The position numbers were made by a program, and so were the translations under genes. DNA of 64,000 nucleotides, from NCBI GenBank assembly GCA_048013815.1, contig CM106585.1, positions 22,072,001 to 22,136,000 on the forward strand, written 5' to 3'. Below the pieces are notes generated by a model. The model did not search any database and was not told the origin of the DNA. It saw only the letters and a list, made by a program, of their open reading frames with translations. The DNA comes from Setoptus koraiensis. Its lineage: Eukaryota; Animalia; Arthropoda. Below, in pieces: positions 48,025-60,282 of this stretch. Within the stretch, counting starts at the first letter, position 1. Every line of letters begins with the position of its first letter.

Positions 48025-49662
48025 CTAATCAATCTTCTTGTACTGGCTTCTTTTGCCTGTGAGATGGGACGCAGAGTCTGTATCACAGGTCAGTATGTTG
48101 CCTCTCTTATCCGTCAATTGTCTTGTTCTCAATGGCGCGTCAATTCTGTCTTTGACAGTCATGATGGCCTGACGAGCGCCCGACCATTTGTTGGGTCCCT
48201 CCAATCGATATTGATAGGGCAGGCAGGGTCCGAAGACCATGTGAAACCAGAGAGCGGGATCCTTGAATAGATATTTGTAGACTTGGGGCCTGCAGCCAAC
48301 TTGTTGCGCCAATTCGTCCATGTAATTAATCCAGTCCACCTGTAATGTGTTGCGCGGTCCGCCATAGTAACGAGATTCTAGATATTTGTGTTTCTTTTCA
48401 ATGTCCTTGAGCATCTTTTGCTGGCTGGGCAATTTTAATTGGCCCGACATCAACAGCGAATACCAGCGTGCATGCATTTCGGCAATGGGAAACAGGGCGC
48501 CAATTGGTTGGGCCAGCGCAATGAAGCCCAGCGTGTGCGAATGCGGCCCCAAATTGGGACTGAACACATATTTGAATAGGTCGACCTTGTTGTCTTGCAC
48601 GGGCACAATTGATTGATCGATGAAGGGAAAACAAACCTTGTAACCGGTGGCCATAATGATGGTGTCACATTTGACCTCTTGACAGGGCTCGTTTGGTGCG
48701 CCCTCGAATATGACGCCATCTTCCGTTATTTCCTTGATGTTGTTTGTCAGCTCAATGGTGCCGGACAATATACGATTTGGCAGGGCGTCGTTCACCATGA
48801 CATGCTGCTCGAATATCCTGTGTTTTGGCTTCAGACGGTACCGTTTGTGATCGACGCGCTGATTAATGTAAGCCTCGCTAGTGGCACACACAATCTTGTA
48901 GGGCACATAATTGAATAATTGATTCATGAATCGGCGCAAAAACAACTGATCGAACGGCTTTCCGTCGGGGCCCACTCTGTGCACAACCCAAGCGCCTCTT
49001 CTGGTCGACAAATACACCTTCTTGGACACCATACTCAGCTCAACGGCCACATCGCCGCCAGAGTTGCCTATTCCGACCACGACAACGGTTTTGTTCTCGA
49101 AACCGGCCGGCTTCTTGTACGAATGCGTGTGCATGATCTGTCCCTTGAATTTGTCCTGGCCCGGAAACGAGGCCCACGACGGGGTCACGTGATGTCCGGT
49201 GCACACCATAACACCGTCGAATGTTTCGGTGAATTGTTGCTTTGTCAGCATGTTCAGCACGTCCACTGACCAGCGCCCGTCCAAATCGAAAGTGTCCGCC
49301 TTGTTGCATTGCAGCACCTTGTGCTGAAACAGCATCTTGTCCACACAACCCACCTCGGTTGCGTAATCCTCCAAATATTGAATCATCTTGCTGTTGTGCA
49401 TATAATTGGGATATTCCGCTTTTGGGGGGAAATCGCTGAAGGCGGACATTTCTTTCGACGAATTGATGATGGTCGCTTGGGCCACCGAGGCCAGACCGTC
49501 GATGTCGTCGTCGCGGTACCGCCATAAGCCGCCGAATGATGTGCTCATTTCGTATATGACATAATCTAAATTTTGTTCCTTGCACGCCTTGGCCGCAGTT
49601 ATGCCGCTAGCGCCGCCACCTATGATACAGATGCGTTTTTGTTGTTGACTGAACGACGTCAT
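48025..49662 (-). CDS. Flavin-containing monooxygenase (dimethylaniline monooxygenase, FMO5-like), single exon
   Basis: FAD motif IIGGGASG, FMO fingerprint FKGQIMHTHSYK, NADPH motif VVGIGNSGGD, ATGY, and GPCLPYQYRLEGP.KWSGARQAI. Confidence 0.95.
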   Translation of the reverse strand: MTSFSQQQKRICIIGGGASGITAAKACKEQNLDYVIYEMSTSFGGLWRYRDDDIDGLASVAQATIINSSKEMSAFSDFPPKAEYPNYMHNSKMIQYLEDYATEVGCVDKMLFQHKVLQCNKADTFDLDGRWSVDVLNMLTKQQFTETFDGVMVCTGHHVTPSWASFPGQDKFKGQIMHTHSYKKPAGFENKTVVVVGIGNSGGDVAVELSMVSKKVYLSTRRGAWVVHRVGPDGKPFDQLFLRRFMNQLFNYVPYKIVCATSEAYINQRVDHKRYRLKPKHRIFEQHVMVNDALPNRILSGTIELTNNIKEITEDGVIFEGAPNEPCQEVKCDTIIMATGYKVCFPFIDQSIVPVQDNKVDLFKYVFSPNLGPHSHTLGFIALAQPIGALFPIAEMHARWYSLLMSGQLKLPSQQKMLKDIEKKHKYLESRYYGGPRNTLQVDWINYMDELAQQVGCRPQVYKYLFKDPALWFHMVFGPCLPYQYRLEGPNKWSGARQAIMTVKDRIDAPLRTRQLTDKRGNILTCDTDSASHLTGKRSQYKKID

Positions 49663-52600
49663 CTTGCGTATGGTTTCAATATGTTGCGTTATTGTGTAAC
49701 TTTATCTGTTTATATCTAATGTCTACTATGTGTGCCGATGCGGCCCCACTCGAATGCTGCCGACACTGTCAGAGGGATCGGGTATTAATAGTGATAATTA
49801 GGCTGATATTTGAGCTGATATTTGAGGTGCTGGCGAGACAGGTGAGCCAGATATTTCGTTTGGTGGCTGTTGCTGGCGTGTAACACGATGATGTGAGTGG
49901 TTTGCACTGACAACTGTCAGTGAGCGACTCTGAGCGATTGTTTGATTGTTCAGACTAAATCGATTGTCCCGATGCGCCGACAACGATGTTGTGTGTAAGC
50001 CTGTTGTTGTTGCTTGTGTTGTTGTTGTTGCTGTTGTCGTAGCTACTGTTGTTGTCGTAGCAGCTGTTGTTGTCGTTGCTGCTGTCGTTGTTGTTGTTGT
50101 TGTTGCGAGATGGCGAGTTCGGTTGTACCCAGAGAACCGATTGAGAATATTCGCAATTATTGTCTTGTTGACTCTCTTCTCCTCTCGACTGTTTGTTTGT
50201 GTGTCACTTTAGGTGGGCGTACTCACTACCTATCGCTCTATCAGCGCCAGCAACAACGACAACAACACTACGGGGGAAAACAATAAATCGGTCGGTCTTG
50301 CCAACAGATGATGTGGACAGAACAATGAACAAAAGACGCCGTTGCTGCGACGCTGTTTGCTTCGGATCCGTTCAGTTCGGTTCGGTTCGGCTCACAACTT
50401 TACTCTTGCTGACTTGTGACTGACTGACTCTCGAATGATGCTGACTGACTGTCTAACCAACAACAACGACAGCAACAAGTGATTCACAAACAATGCTGAG
50501 CTAACTGGTAGTAAAAGTTTGTCAATGGGCTGGCTTGTATGTCGACTAACTTGACCCGTTGTGACGTAACATTGGCTGCGTGTGTGTGTGTGTGTGTTGC
50601 CTTGTTATTATTCTTCTGTTATGGCTGCTGGTGCCGCCGATTATTACAACGCATAAATAAACAACAGACAATGTCTGTTGTCGTGTGTAAGTGGACTGCT
50701 TTCCTTGGGCTGTTCGTTGCCTTGACGACCACTAGCTAACCGAGATTGTCTTGCGATTCACTGGCTGAGTCGATTTGAAGAATACCCTTGTGCCAATGTG
50801 ACGTCGTTAACTGCTGCCGACACAACTGCAAACACTGCAACTACCGTCGCAACAACTGCACTTGTTGCAACTACCGTCACAAGTAGTGACCATAAACTCG
50901 CTGGCTCGTCCCACTAGCCAATTAATTGAACAACTTTTGTACGCGAACGCACAGCTTGTGTTGGCAAGTAGGTAAGCTCAAGACTCAACTGGCAAAAGAA
51001 AGTAAGAGGCAGGGAGAGAGAGGGAGCGAGAGAGGGAGAGGAAGGCAAAACAAACTTTCACTAGTCGGCACTGCCAGCCAAGGCTAATCTAAACGACGCC
51101 ATCTAGCTTGCCAAAATTAACACCCAAATCTTGGCAAGCTCAATAGGAAGCTACTGCTACTTTTTGGGGCGTCCGTCCGACGCTGAAATCACCTTCGAAC
51201 ACTTCTTAAGGTGAACAGCAATCTAAGCGAGTGAGTTATTTGTTGGTACAAACACACAAACACATTGATGCCAACACAAGATTCTCGTATCTCTCGTCAT
51301 GTTGGCATCGATGCAAAAAACTCAGGCAGAATGCGGATACTAATTATGGGATTGATAGCAACACCGACTGACGGATTCAATGTTCATCCAAAATTGTTGC
51401 TTTGTGTTATTTGCCAACACTTGTTGTTGGTGGTGCTGTCGTCGCTTTTGCTGTTGATGTAGTTGTTGCTGTTGTTGATGCTAGTGTCTCTGTCGCTGCG
51501 ATAATACAATTATCCGATCATATTGCCTCGGCGCCAACGAAAGACGGATAAGCGATTGTATGCAATTGAGACTGGCAATTTTAGAGACAGTCGACATGTC
51601 TTTGTTGCTAACAACGACACTCTACTTAATACAATCTCTTGTTATCATCATGTTTCATTTCGTTTCGTCTATCACCCATTCATACAGTGGTTGCTTTCGC
51701 CGACTTCAAGTCGACAACAACCATACATTACAAACAAACATTGATAATCAATCATTGGCTGCCGGGAGCTCGCATGATCTATGCCAAAATCATGGCTAAT
51801 TACATTGATCAATGTCATGAGCCCAAGTGATTTATTACTTTTATTGGCGTTGATTGTAACTCATTCATTTCATGAAGTTTTACAAATAAGCTCGACTTGA
51901 GCATCATCTCAAGCTGCGAGACTTTTGAAGATTTATTCTCTATCTCTAGAATCTGGAATCTAGACTGGTTTATTGCTAGCACCCTCCATGACAAATGAAG
52001 GCGACCAAAAGTGAGCCTATTCAACATACTTACTCATGCGATTTTCGCTTCGCGAAAATGCATTTCCAGACGCTTTACCTCTAGACTCTAGAGTCTAGAG
52101 ACACTTCACTTCTAGAATACTATATTACGTGAGGAGTACACCCACTCGGACAACTTGACAGTGGTGATATTTTGCGACAAAGAGCTGCTACATCACGTTG
52201 ACATTGATACAACAAATGTGCTCATATGTGACAAGTTGCTATCATATAGCTCTCACTATATGATAGCAACTTGCACTTAGCATACACTAGTTTGAGTAAT
52301 CGCTCGTAATTGCTGTGACGTCGCAACACCAACTTTGCACTTTGTGTTTCTTATCTCTTATAACGACTAACTCATATACTACAAGATAATATCAAAATTA
52401 TCACCATTCCGCACTATTATCATCACTCTTTGACCCCTGTGACCAGGCCCCTGCGCTGACTTAAGTCACATGCAAACGCTACCCGGACAGTAAATGATGA
52501 TTTCGCTAGCATAATTGAAATTATCAACTACTGGGAGTGCGGAAAATAAATTGCCAGTCGAGCTGGCGATGTGGAAGGTGAGCAAAGGTGTTAAAGAAAA

Positions 52601-52917
52601 GATATGATGTCTTTATTATAATTACTTAAATTACTCGCGTCGCGGCATTCAGTCTATGCTCAGAATGAATGCAGCCAAGATAGAATAAACGAAGGATTGC
52701 CGCTTTTATGTTGTTTTTCGCATTTAAATGACAGATGACAAATGAACAGATAAACCAACAATTAGCGAGAGATAATGTGATGTGTATAAGCTTGATTGGC
52801 TTTTCGTCGTGACAAAACTACAATTGTTTCACACACAGTTGTATTTGCATTGTTTATTGTTTCCGTAGCAGACCGTAGCGCTCCGACGAGATTCTCTCTA
52901 AAGAACGGTTAGCGATC

Positions 52918-55900
52918 TCAAGCTAACCCTTGAACATCTAGAGCCCATGAGCATTGTATGGAACAGGTCTTGTCAGCTAGTATTGTGTTTAGTTGATTGG
53001 ATTTCATCGCTTGCAGGCAGTTTATTTTGATGGTCCGGCAAACAGGCTACGTGTGTTCCGATGGACAATTCCAGAGAATAGAAAAGAAGAGCAAAAGTGG
53101 AGGAAATTGAAGTTGTTAAATTACGTGATCAAGTTCTACGTGATACAAAATAAATATCATTCTTGAGTTGTTAAGGCAGTTCCTGTCACTAATAATAAAT
53201 ATTTTAGATAGGCAGTACTATAATTAAACAAAGTTACAATTCAACTGCAAAGATGAAGCCTATCGACAACAAGCCAGGTATCCATTTCAGTAGAGACAAG
53301 TGATAGTGTAAAGGAATGTTCCCAAGTTGACTTGTTTGTATTGCTTCACTCTGTACCGCTCAATACCAGTTTGACCTTGCGACTCAGTCTGCACACTAGC
53401 TAGCGACAAACGCTAGCTATTTGTTGGTCAAGGTTGATCTGTTTCAGTTGCGAGTGCGATCTCTTATGGCCTGAAATCGGATCAAGCTGAAATCACTGAG
53501 TTAAAAACGCTACTTGGGGTGAAAAGAAAAACTTGTTTGCGAAGTTAAAATTTCGAAACAAGAAGTGAAGACGATCTCGCTCGAGCGCCATCTTTCTCAA
53601 CGAATTCCAGCTATCGATGTGTCTTGTAACCTGAATTAGATTATCACTACTTACGCCCTCAAGTGTACAAGTACAGCTCCTGCATGGACTAATACGCTTC
53701 GATTGGCCGAGATCGAGTTTTTGCTTATCCACTTGACAAGATTTTGTATTTTCACGCCAAGCACTCAAATCCATAGTAGGTAGACTGCTGCAAGGAATTC
53801 TCGGATTTCTGCAAATGACAATCCCATGAGGGATATCATCAAATTTGTTGAGTTATTGGAAGAGAAGTTGCGACAAACGATTAGTTAATTTTTCGTGCGA
53901 AGTCAGACAACAAATGTTAATACAGAACAATTTCTTACAGGTAATGATCGCTTATGTCCATGGCGTTCTTTTGTATGGCGTCTATAGAGTCTGATTGTTC
54001 GCAAAACACTTTTGCCAGAGTCATCTTTCTTATTTCGGCCAATTGGGCAGGAGTGAATCTTATCCAAGGATTGTTTGTCTCATGCCAGAATCTATCACAG
54101 CGCTTCAATCTTGAGAATTGCATACCAATAATGCATCCGAAAGTCGGTCCTGTTCATAGTTTTGTAGAGACATTTTATTTTTGTTAGTCAATGAGTTCAA
54201 GTTATTACATCATACTATGATGATCATAGTGAGAACCTAAACAGGTTATGGTGGGGTCAATATTTCAACTTACCAATTATACCACCGTGTACAGGTGTCT
54301 CACTCATACCTGCGCATATGGGAAGATGAACGATGTTGTAGATGGAGGAAATAATTAGCAAAGAATATTCAGAATTAATTAGTCTTTTTGCACTATGTTA
54401 CAAGGCATTATAGAGAGAAAAAGTTTTGTATACTAACCTCCGGGGAAAAGGTCTATGTCGTCGACAGATCTGAACAGGTAAAAAGCAGCAATTAGAGGGA
54501 TGTTATTTGGTGGTTAGTTTTATAGCTCTTGAGTCCAGAGTCTTAACACTCGGTGACAATTTAAATATCCATCAAGTACTTACTCATATAGCGATGCAAG
54601 ACGTTTAACCAGTTTCACAGGTATCTCGGTGGTGAGATCGTCGAAAGTTTTCGCTTTCGTTAAATTGCATTTTACTCTGTAGCTGTTATAACTGGCTATG
54701 CCGTGATCACGCGCTCGTTGTATGTTCAAAGATATAAGATCCATGCCGGAAAATGGTTGTTTTGGCTTCTCGAACAGGTGATTTGTTAGCTCTTCTGTGA
54801 TGGCATTGTCCAGAGTCTCAATGGGTGCAGAAACGATTCCTCTCAGTATAGAGTCTATCAAATTGGCTGTGTACAATTATTGTAATAATTAAAAGTCAAA
54901 ATAGAGTTAAAACTTAGAACTTCAAGTGAGAAGGACGATTTTCTTCACGACTACTGATTGTACATAGACTTACGTTCTGTAAGGATCCTTTGTGAATTGA
55001 AAAAGGCCTTTCTCAGTTGGAATGGCTTGCTAACAGGCTTGTATTGTCTGTCTAGCAACGGGAAGGCACTCCTAATTAAACTGTGGCCCATTCGGAAAGC
55101 GGCTGCCGCGAACTCGGTAAATATGCTTGGACTGCAAGATTCGTCGTACCCGTCATAGTATCCAACTGTCGGGTATTTTGTTAAGTGAGAGACACATCAG
55201 GCGTTATTATCCATAGACAACAACATATATGCAGAATAGATACGAGTTTAAGGCGAATTTGTTACAATACTTACCGTTCTTTAGTATGAGATCATACTTG
55301 CTCATATAATCCAATCCCAATAGACGGGGCGCAAATTCATTGTAGGTGATTCGTTGATTTATCGCAGCGACAATACGCCTGCCATGTTGATACAACCTCT
55401 CGTCGCTCCAATGTTTATTGATTGCTTTCAAGCGGTCAACAATGGAGTTGTGCAGCCTCAAGAATACCGTATGTATGGCTGTTAAGCCGGGTTGTTCACT
55501 GGCCCGCTGATCGCCAGCATGAAAACATAATCCGTTTGGTGTGACACATTCAGGATTGGCGCGTGTTGTTGGCAAGATCTCTCTGTAGATAAGCGCTCCT
55601 TGATTCGACATGGGATGCTGCGAAGAATTGAGTCGACCGCCCGAGAAAGCTCGCAATGACTTAGCCTCACAATTGTCCGAGCCGTAGATGTTAGAGGCAT
55701 CGACGTAAGCTGTCAAAGCATTGAATTGTTGTCGTGGCCCGAGACCCGTTTGACCGTTCATACTGCGTACAAAATGCAAACATTTGGCCCCTTGCCCTGT
55801 CAATTCTTTGGCTCTTGCAGATTGAAAATAATAATCATTGTCGGGTATTCTAATAGGCAGACAATCTCTATGTACTGACCTCTGTGAGTCGCATGGGCTA

Positions 55901-58900
55901 CAATCTAACAATGTGCCATCTAGCGCCACTGAGAAAGGTGTCCGTGTTAAATCGTGATCTACACCAAATTGTCCAAATTGCATCAGAGCCAGTGAATATC
56001 TAACGTGAAAATGACTCTTGTCCTCGTGCATGGTTGTTGAAATAGCACGAGCTGATGGTAGCAGAATTCTTTGCGGTACATCTTGATTATTGGGTCCGGT
56101 TAATAGTAAAACGCTATGTTTTCTTGGCACACTTAGACCATCATCATAGGCATTTGGCAATATTCTGTCCAAGGGTGTAAAGCTTTGGCCAAATTTAGGA
56201 TTATTTAAATTATTGCACCAACCGGTAATAGTTCTAAATGGCGTTGTATGATCACATGGATAGACATTGTCGTCGTCCTGACAATCGGACGACACGCTGC
56301 TAGTTGGCTGGCCCCCGAACACTGTGGATGACGACGAGGGTCTGACACGATCCGAATCTGATCCGTCAGAGTTATTGTCCAAATCGGTTCGGCCTCTCAC
56401 TGACGTGGGTCGCCTTCTTGAGCTGGATCGTTGTTCGGGGGGCAAGAAAACTTCTCCGGCTGTTGCTATAAATTTGTTGAGACGCACACTCTCGCCGGCA
56501 TTCTCCAGTAGATTGTCCAGTTGAATGGTCTCCAATGATGACAAGAAATCTTTGATATCCGATTGAATGGATTGTGCAGCTTCGCGATCTCTGCCCTGTC
56601 TCACAAGCGATCGCACAACATCATTGGTGGCCAATTCAAATATCAACGATTGATTGTTGAGGCGCAACGCTTGTCTCTTTGGTCTCGGCAGGTACCTGTA
56701 GCCTGCATGGCCCCTACTGAATGTATGGTCTTTTGTGGTGCCCTCTAGAGCGGATCGTTTTGCTCTATCTTGATGTTCTTGGCGCTGCCTTCTCATGCTC
56801 ACTGTATCGCTGTAGGCCAATTCGTCTAATTGTCTCTTTGCTCTGCTTATGCTGCTCGATATTAATTGTGCATTATTAAGCCAAATCTTATGAGCATTTG
56901 CAATGGACGACTCTTGAATGTCGAGATCGCCAAGAAGAGCATCGTCAAACTGAAACTGTTGCGCGGAAGTGATGGGCTCTCTCCATTTGCTCAGATCGAG
57001 ATTGTTCATTGCCTTATTTGTGCAATATTGATAAGCATTGAGATATGGATCACTAGTTAACATTGGCAATGGTTGTATAAAGCTTATGCTGGCCTGACTA
57101 TTTCGGCATATCACCTTGGCCAATGAGGTCTGTCTTATTTGTTCCAATTGTTTCACTGTGAAGGCCGTTTCGGGCAAGTCATTCTCGAACCAATATCTGT
57201 CTCCGAATTTGATATGATAAAATTGTCTCGATAGTAGACAGGTGAATGTGGGGCCAATTGTTGCGCCGGGCAATGGATCTTCCATAATGGCCAAATAAAG
57301 ATCTATGTCGTGCACACTTTGATAGACCCTGCTTAAATGTTTGACCAGGTTGCCTGGCATCACTTGTGTGAGATCTTGCCATGTTTTGATTTGGGGCCTC
57401 AATTGGCACAATTGTCTCCATTGTGTGTATGATTTAAGTCCGTGATCTCTGCCCTGTTGGATGGTGAGCGCCACCATGTCGAGCAGCGGTGGCATTGTTG
57501 TTGCTGATGCATTGGCTTGTTGCTGTATCTTTGGCATATTTGTGGTCATGGTCATGGTGCCGTCTACCGGTTCCATGGCATTCTGTGACATCATGCCCAT
57601 GAGATACTGGCTGAATTTGTTCTTTTTGTACAGATCCGAGGCGTCCATGAATGTGTCCGCCAGCGACGTCATGCCCAGCATCTCCAATCTGTCGCTGTAT
57701 TTCTCCAATGCCATGGGTATAGTGGAGTAAATAAGCGGCAGCACGGCAGTGGCCACCTCGTTGCTCATGGCCGCGTTCAATTGAGGATCATACAATTGAT
57801 TGTATCCCTGTGATAAAACGGTTAAATTAAAACGTTGCATAATGTCGTCGCCGATAATAGAGGGCAAGAATTCCTGGTACGTGATGTGTTGCAATTGCGC
57901 AACAACAATCCTACGCGCCTCCTCGAATATCCTCTCGTCTGTCCAGTGTTTGTTTAATTGCGACAATTTGTCCGCTATCTGGTTGTGCTCTCTGAACCAG
58001 ATGGTGTGCATCATGGCCAGGCCTATATTTTCGTTGACTCTGTCATCGCCGGATAAAAAACATTTAGACGGCGCATTTTGACCGTTGCCCGAATTGCCGG
58101 TCACGCTGCCAGAGGACGCCACCTTCATCTTGGCCATAGAGCGACAGTCACGTTCCATTGTCATTATATCTGCAGAATTTGTCACTGTCTGCTGCTCGCC
58201 GCCGCTCGCCGATCCTGCGCCCGCAGTTCCAAACAATTCCGGCGCCTCATTGGCGCTTGAGTGCGACCAGCTAACTGCAGGCAACAACTCAACAAACTGC
58301 TGCTGCTGTTGAGCTGAATTAGCCTGTTGCTGCTGCTGGTGTTGCTGTTGCGAAAGGGATAATCGCTGGCTTCTCAGGCGGCCCCCAACGAACGTACGCA
58401 ACCTATTCATCTGTTGCTCACTGGAACCATATATCACCGATCCGTCCAAATAACTGGTCACCTGATTCAGCTGGTCGCGCTGGCCCAGATTGCAGCCCAA
58501 GCGAATGGCCGGCATGGAGCGCACGTAATCCAGACAATAATAGCCGTTGTTATTGATGTCTGCGTACTCAATGGGATAACACTCAGGATGTGAGGCCACC
58601 TCATTGCGTTCGTTATCATTGGACAGCGGACAGCAACGGAGGCGCGACTTGGCGTAGCCCGTATATTGACCAATTTGGGCCAAATCGTGGAATATAAATT
58701 GACCAAAGAAGCTCGTCATTGTGGTCATATGTGAATGCTGGTTTCCAATCAATTGATCGCCGCCATTTGGCGATTGTGTTCTGGTGCCCAAGCCACCGCC
58801 CGTCGATTGGTAAATGGCCAATGACACCGCTCTACTGGAGGGCAATTGATGCAACGATTGAGCACTGACCGATATCGGTGTCTTTGAGGCGCCCGCGGGC

Positions 58901-60282
58901 CGGCTCACGTGATCCTCGTATTTGGCAGGGGTAAATCTCACTAATGGACCGAATGCTGAGCCCCAATCGGGATTTTGGACATTGTTGCAGTGACCACTCA
59001 ATGAACGGTAACGACCCGCCGAGCAGGTGTGTATTTTGGAGGCCTTTTGGCACGTCTTGCCCAAGCTGGTTTGTTCCACGCTAATTAGGGGCAGACCGCG
59101 CAATATCTGGGCCCGTTTTAATTTAAATTGTTTGCTCAGTATGCGCGTTGTCTCCTCGCTTATAAGAGCCTGATTTGATTGATTTAAAGCTATGGGATTC
59201 AATGATGGCTTGTGAAACATTGAACTCACTAACCAGGCAGTGCTACCGGGAACCTGAATGTGTCTGTTGTCGTACAATTTCATCTCTAGAGTGTCCCTTC
59301 TTGTATTAATGTTTGCCGTTGCTTGCTTGATAGAGTTGGCCAATTCCCTTTTAGTTATAACAGGCATACTTGAATGGTAATCAAACGGTTGTTGCAACAA
59401 TAATGAATCGTCGTCCAACTGATCACTGTGGCCAGCGCCGGTACTGTCCGCCAGAGCGGCCAGGTCCGAGCTCGCCGGTTCGGAGCTGGCAACAAGTGAA
59501 GTCGATTCAATTGATGTGGACGATGCCGAGGTTAGGAGGTCATCCGAGTTGCTATTGGGCGTATTCTCAGGATTCAGTCTTGAGGGAAAATTAAATATAT
59601 CATGCAAAGATGTAGGATTGTCACCATTTAACACTAGATGATTATTTCTGTTTGTGTGGGTCTGTTGGTTGTGTTGTTGTTGCGTTGATGGCAGTATTGT
59701 ATCACATTGGACACCAACAGAGCCAGTAACAACAGCAACAACAATGGGCACTATTATTACGGCGGCCAAAATGTTTGCGAAAATTGACGCTGATGATGTA
59801 ATTTTTTTGCCGCACTTATTATTAGTGATGCTGTTGTTGTTGTTGTTATCATGCTGTCCGTTAATGTTGGGCATTATTGTTGTTCCAATAACAGGAATAG
59901 ACTCATCGTGTTGGCAACAATTGAGAGATATGTCTGACTTGATTCTTCGAGTTTCGTCTCGATTGACCCGCATCATCATGCTGAGCAAGTGGCGACCAGC
60001 GTCGGCCACTTGTTGTCGATGCTGTCGTTGGCGTATTTGTTGTGACACTGTTTTAACGCCAGCAGCAATTGCAGAAACATTTGTACTATTGGTTTGTGTG
60101 TGAGAACTTGTTCGAGAGATAGTATTTCGCGGGAGCCTTCGGAGACCGTTGGCGCGGTTGGCCCGAGCGGGCCGTATATTTGAATTTAACTTTGGCGACT
60201 TGATCAATCTTGACATAGCGTCATTGCTTATTTGGCAGCTATTAGTTAAGCAATGGTAGGGATAAATATCATCGGGTAGCAT
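52918..60282 (-). CDS. Double-domain animal heme peroxidase with Cys-rich C-terminus (about 2014 aa, 8 exons)
   Basis: Exons 60282(first ATG)-55275, 55165-54974, 54866-54584, 54469-54438, 54309-54274, 54149-53939, 53808-53655 and 53046-52918, all GT-AG and phase-consistent (6045 nt). Two complete peroxidase repeats (CNNVQNPDWG/CNNLNNPKFG; GDDRVNE/GDQRASE; QQGRDHG/QRARDHG); tail SPCRSCTCTLEGPVCRTIKINC...CSIQCSW. The ORF-track start at 60387 is a TTG. Confidence 0.9.

Noticed and set aside
48025-49662. Intronless, GC-richer FMO as possible horizontal transfer
   Set aside because: Length and motifs (FxGxxxHxxxYK, GPC.PYQYRL.GP) are animal FMO1-5 type; neighbouring native genes show similar composition shifts.
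51105-51140. Inverted repeat AGCTTGCCAA-N16-TTGGCAAGCT
   Set aside because: 10-bp arms can arise by chance in 64 kb; orientation and spacing do not match the NFI consensus, and there is no other support.
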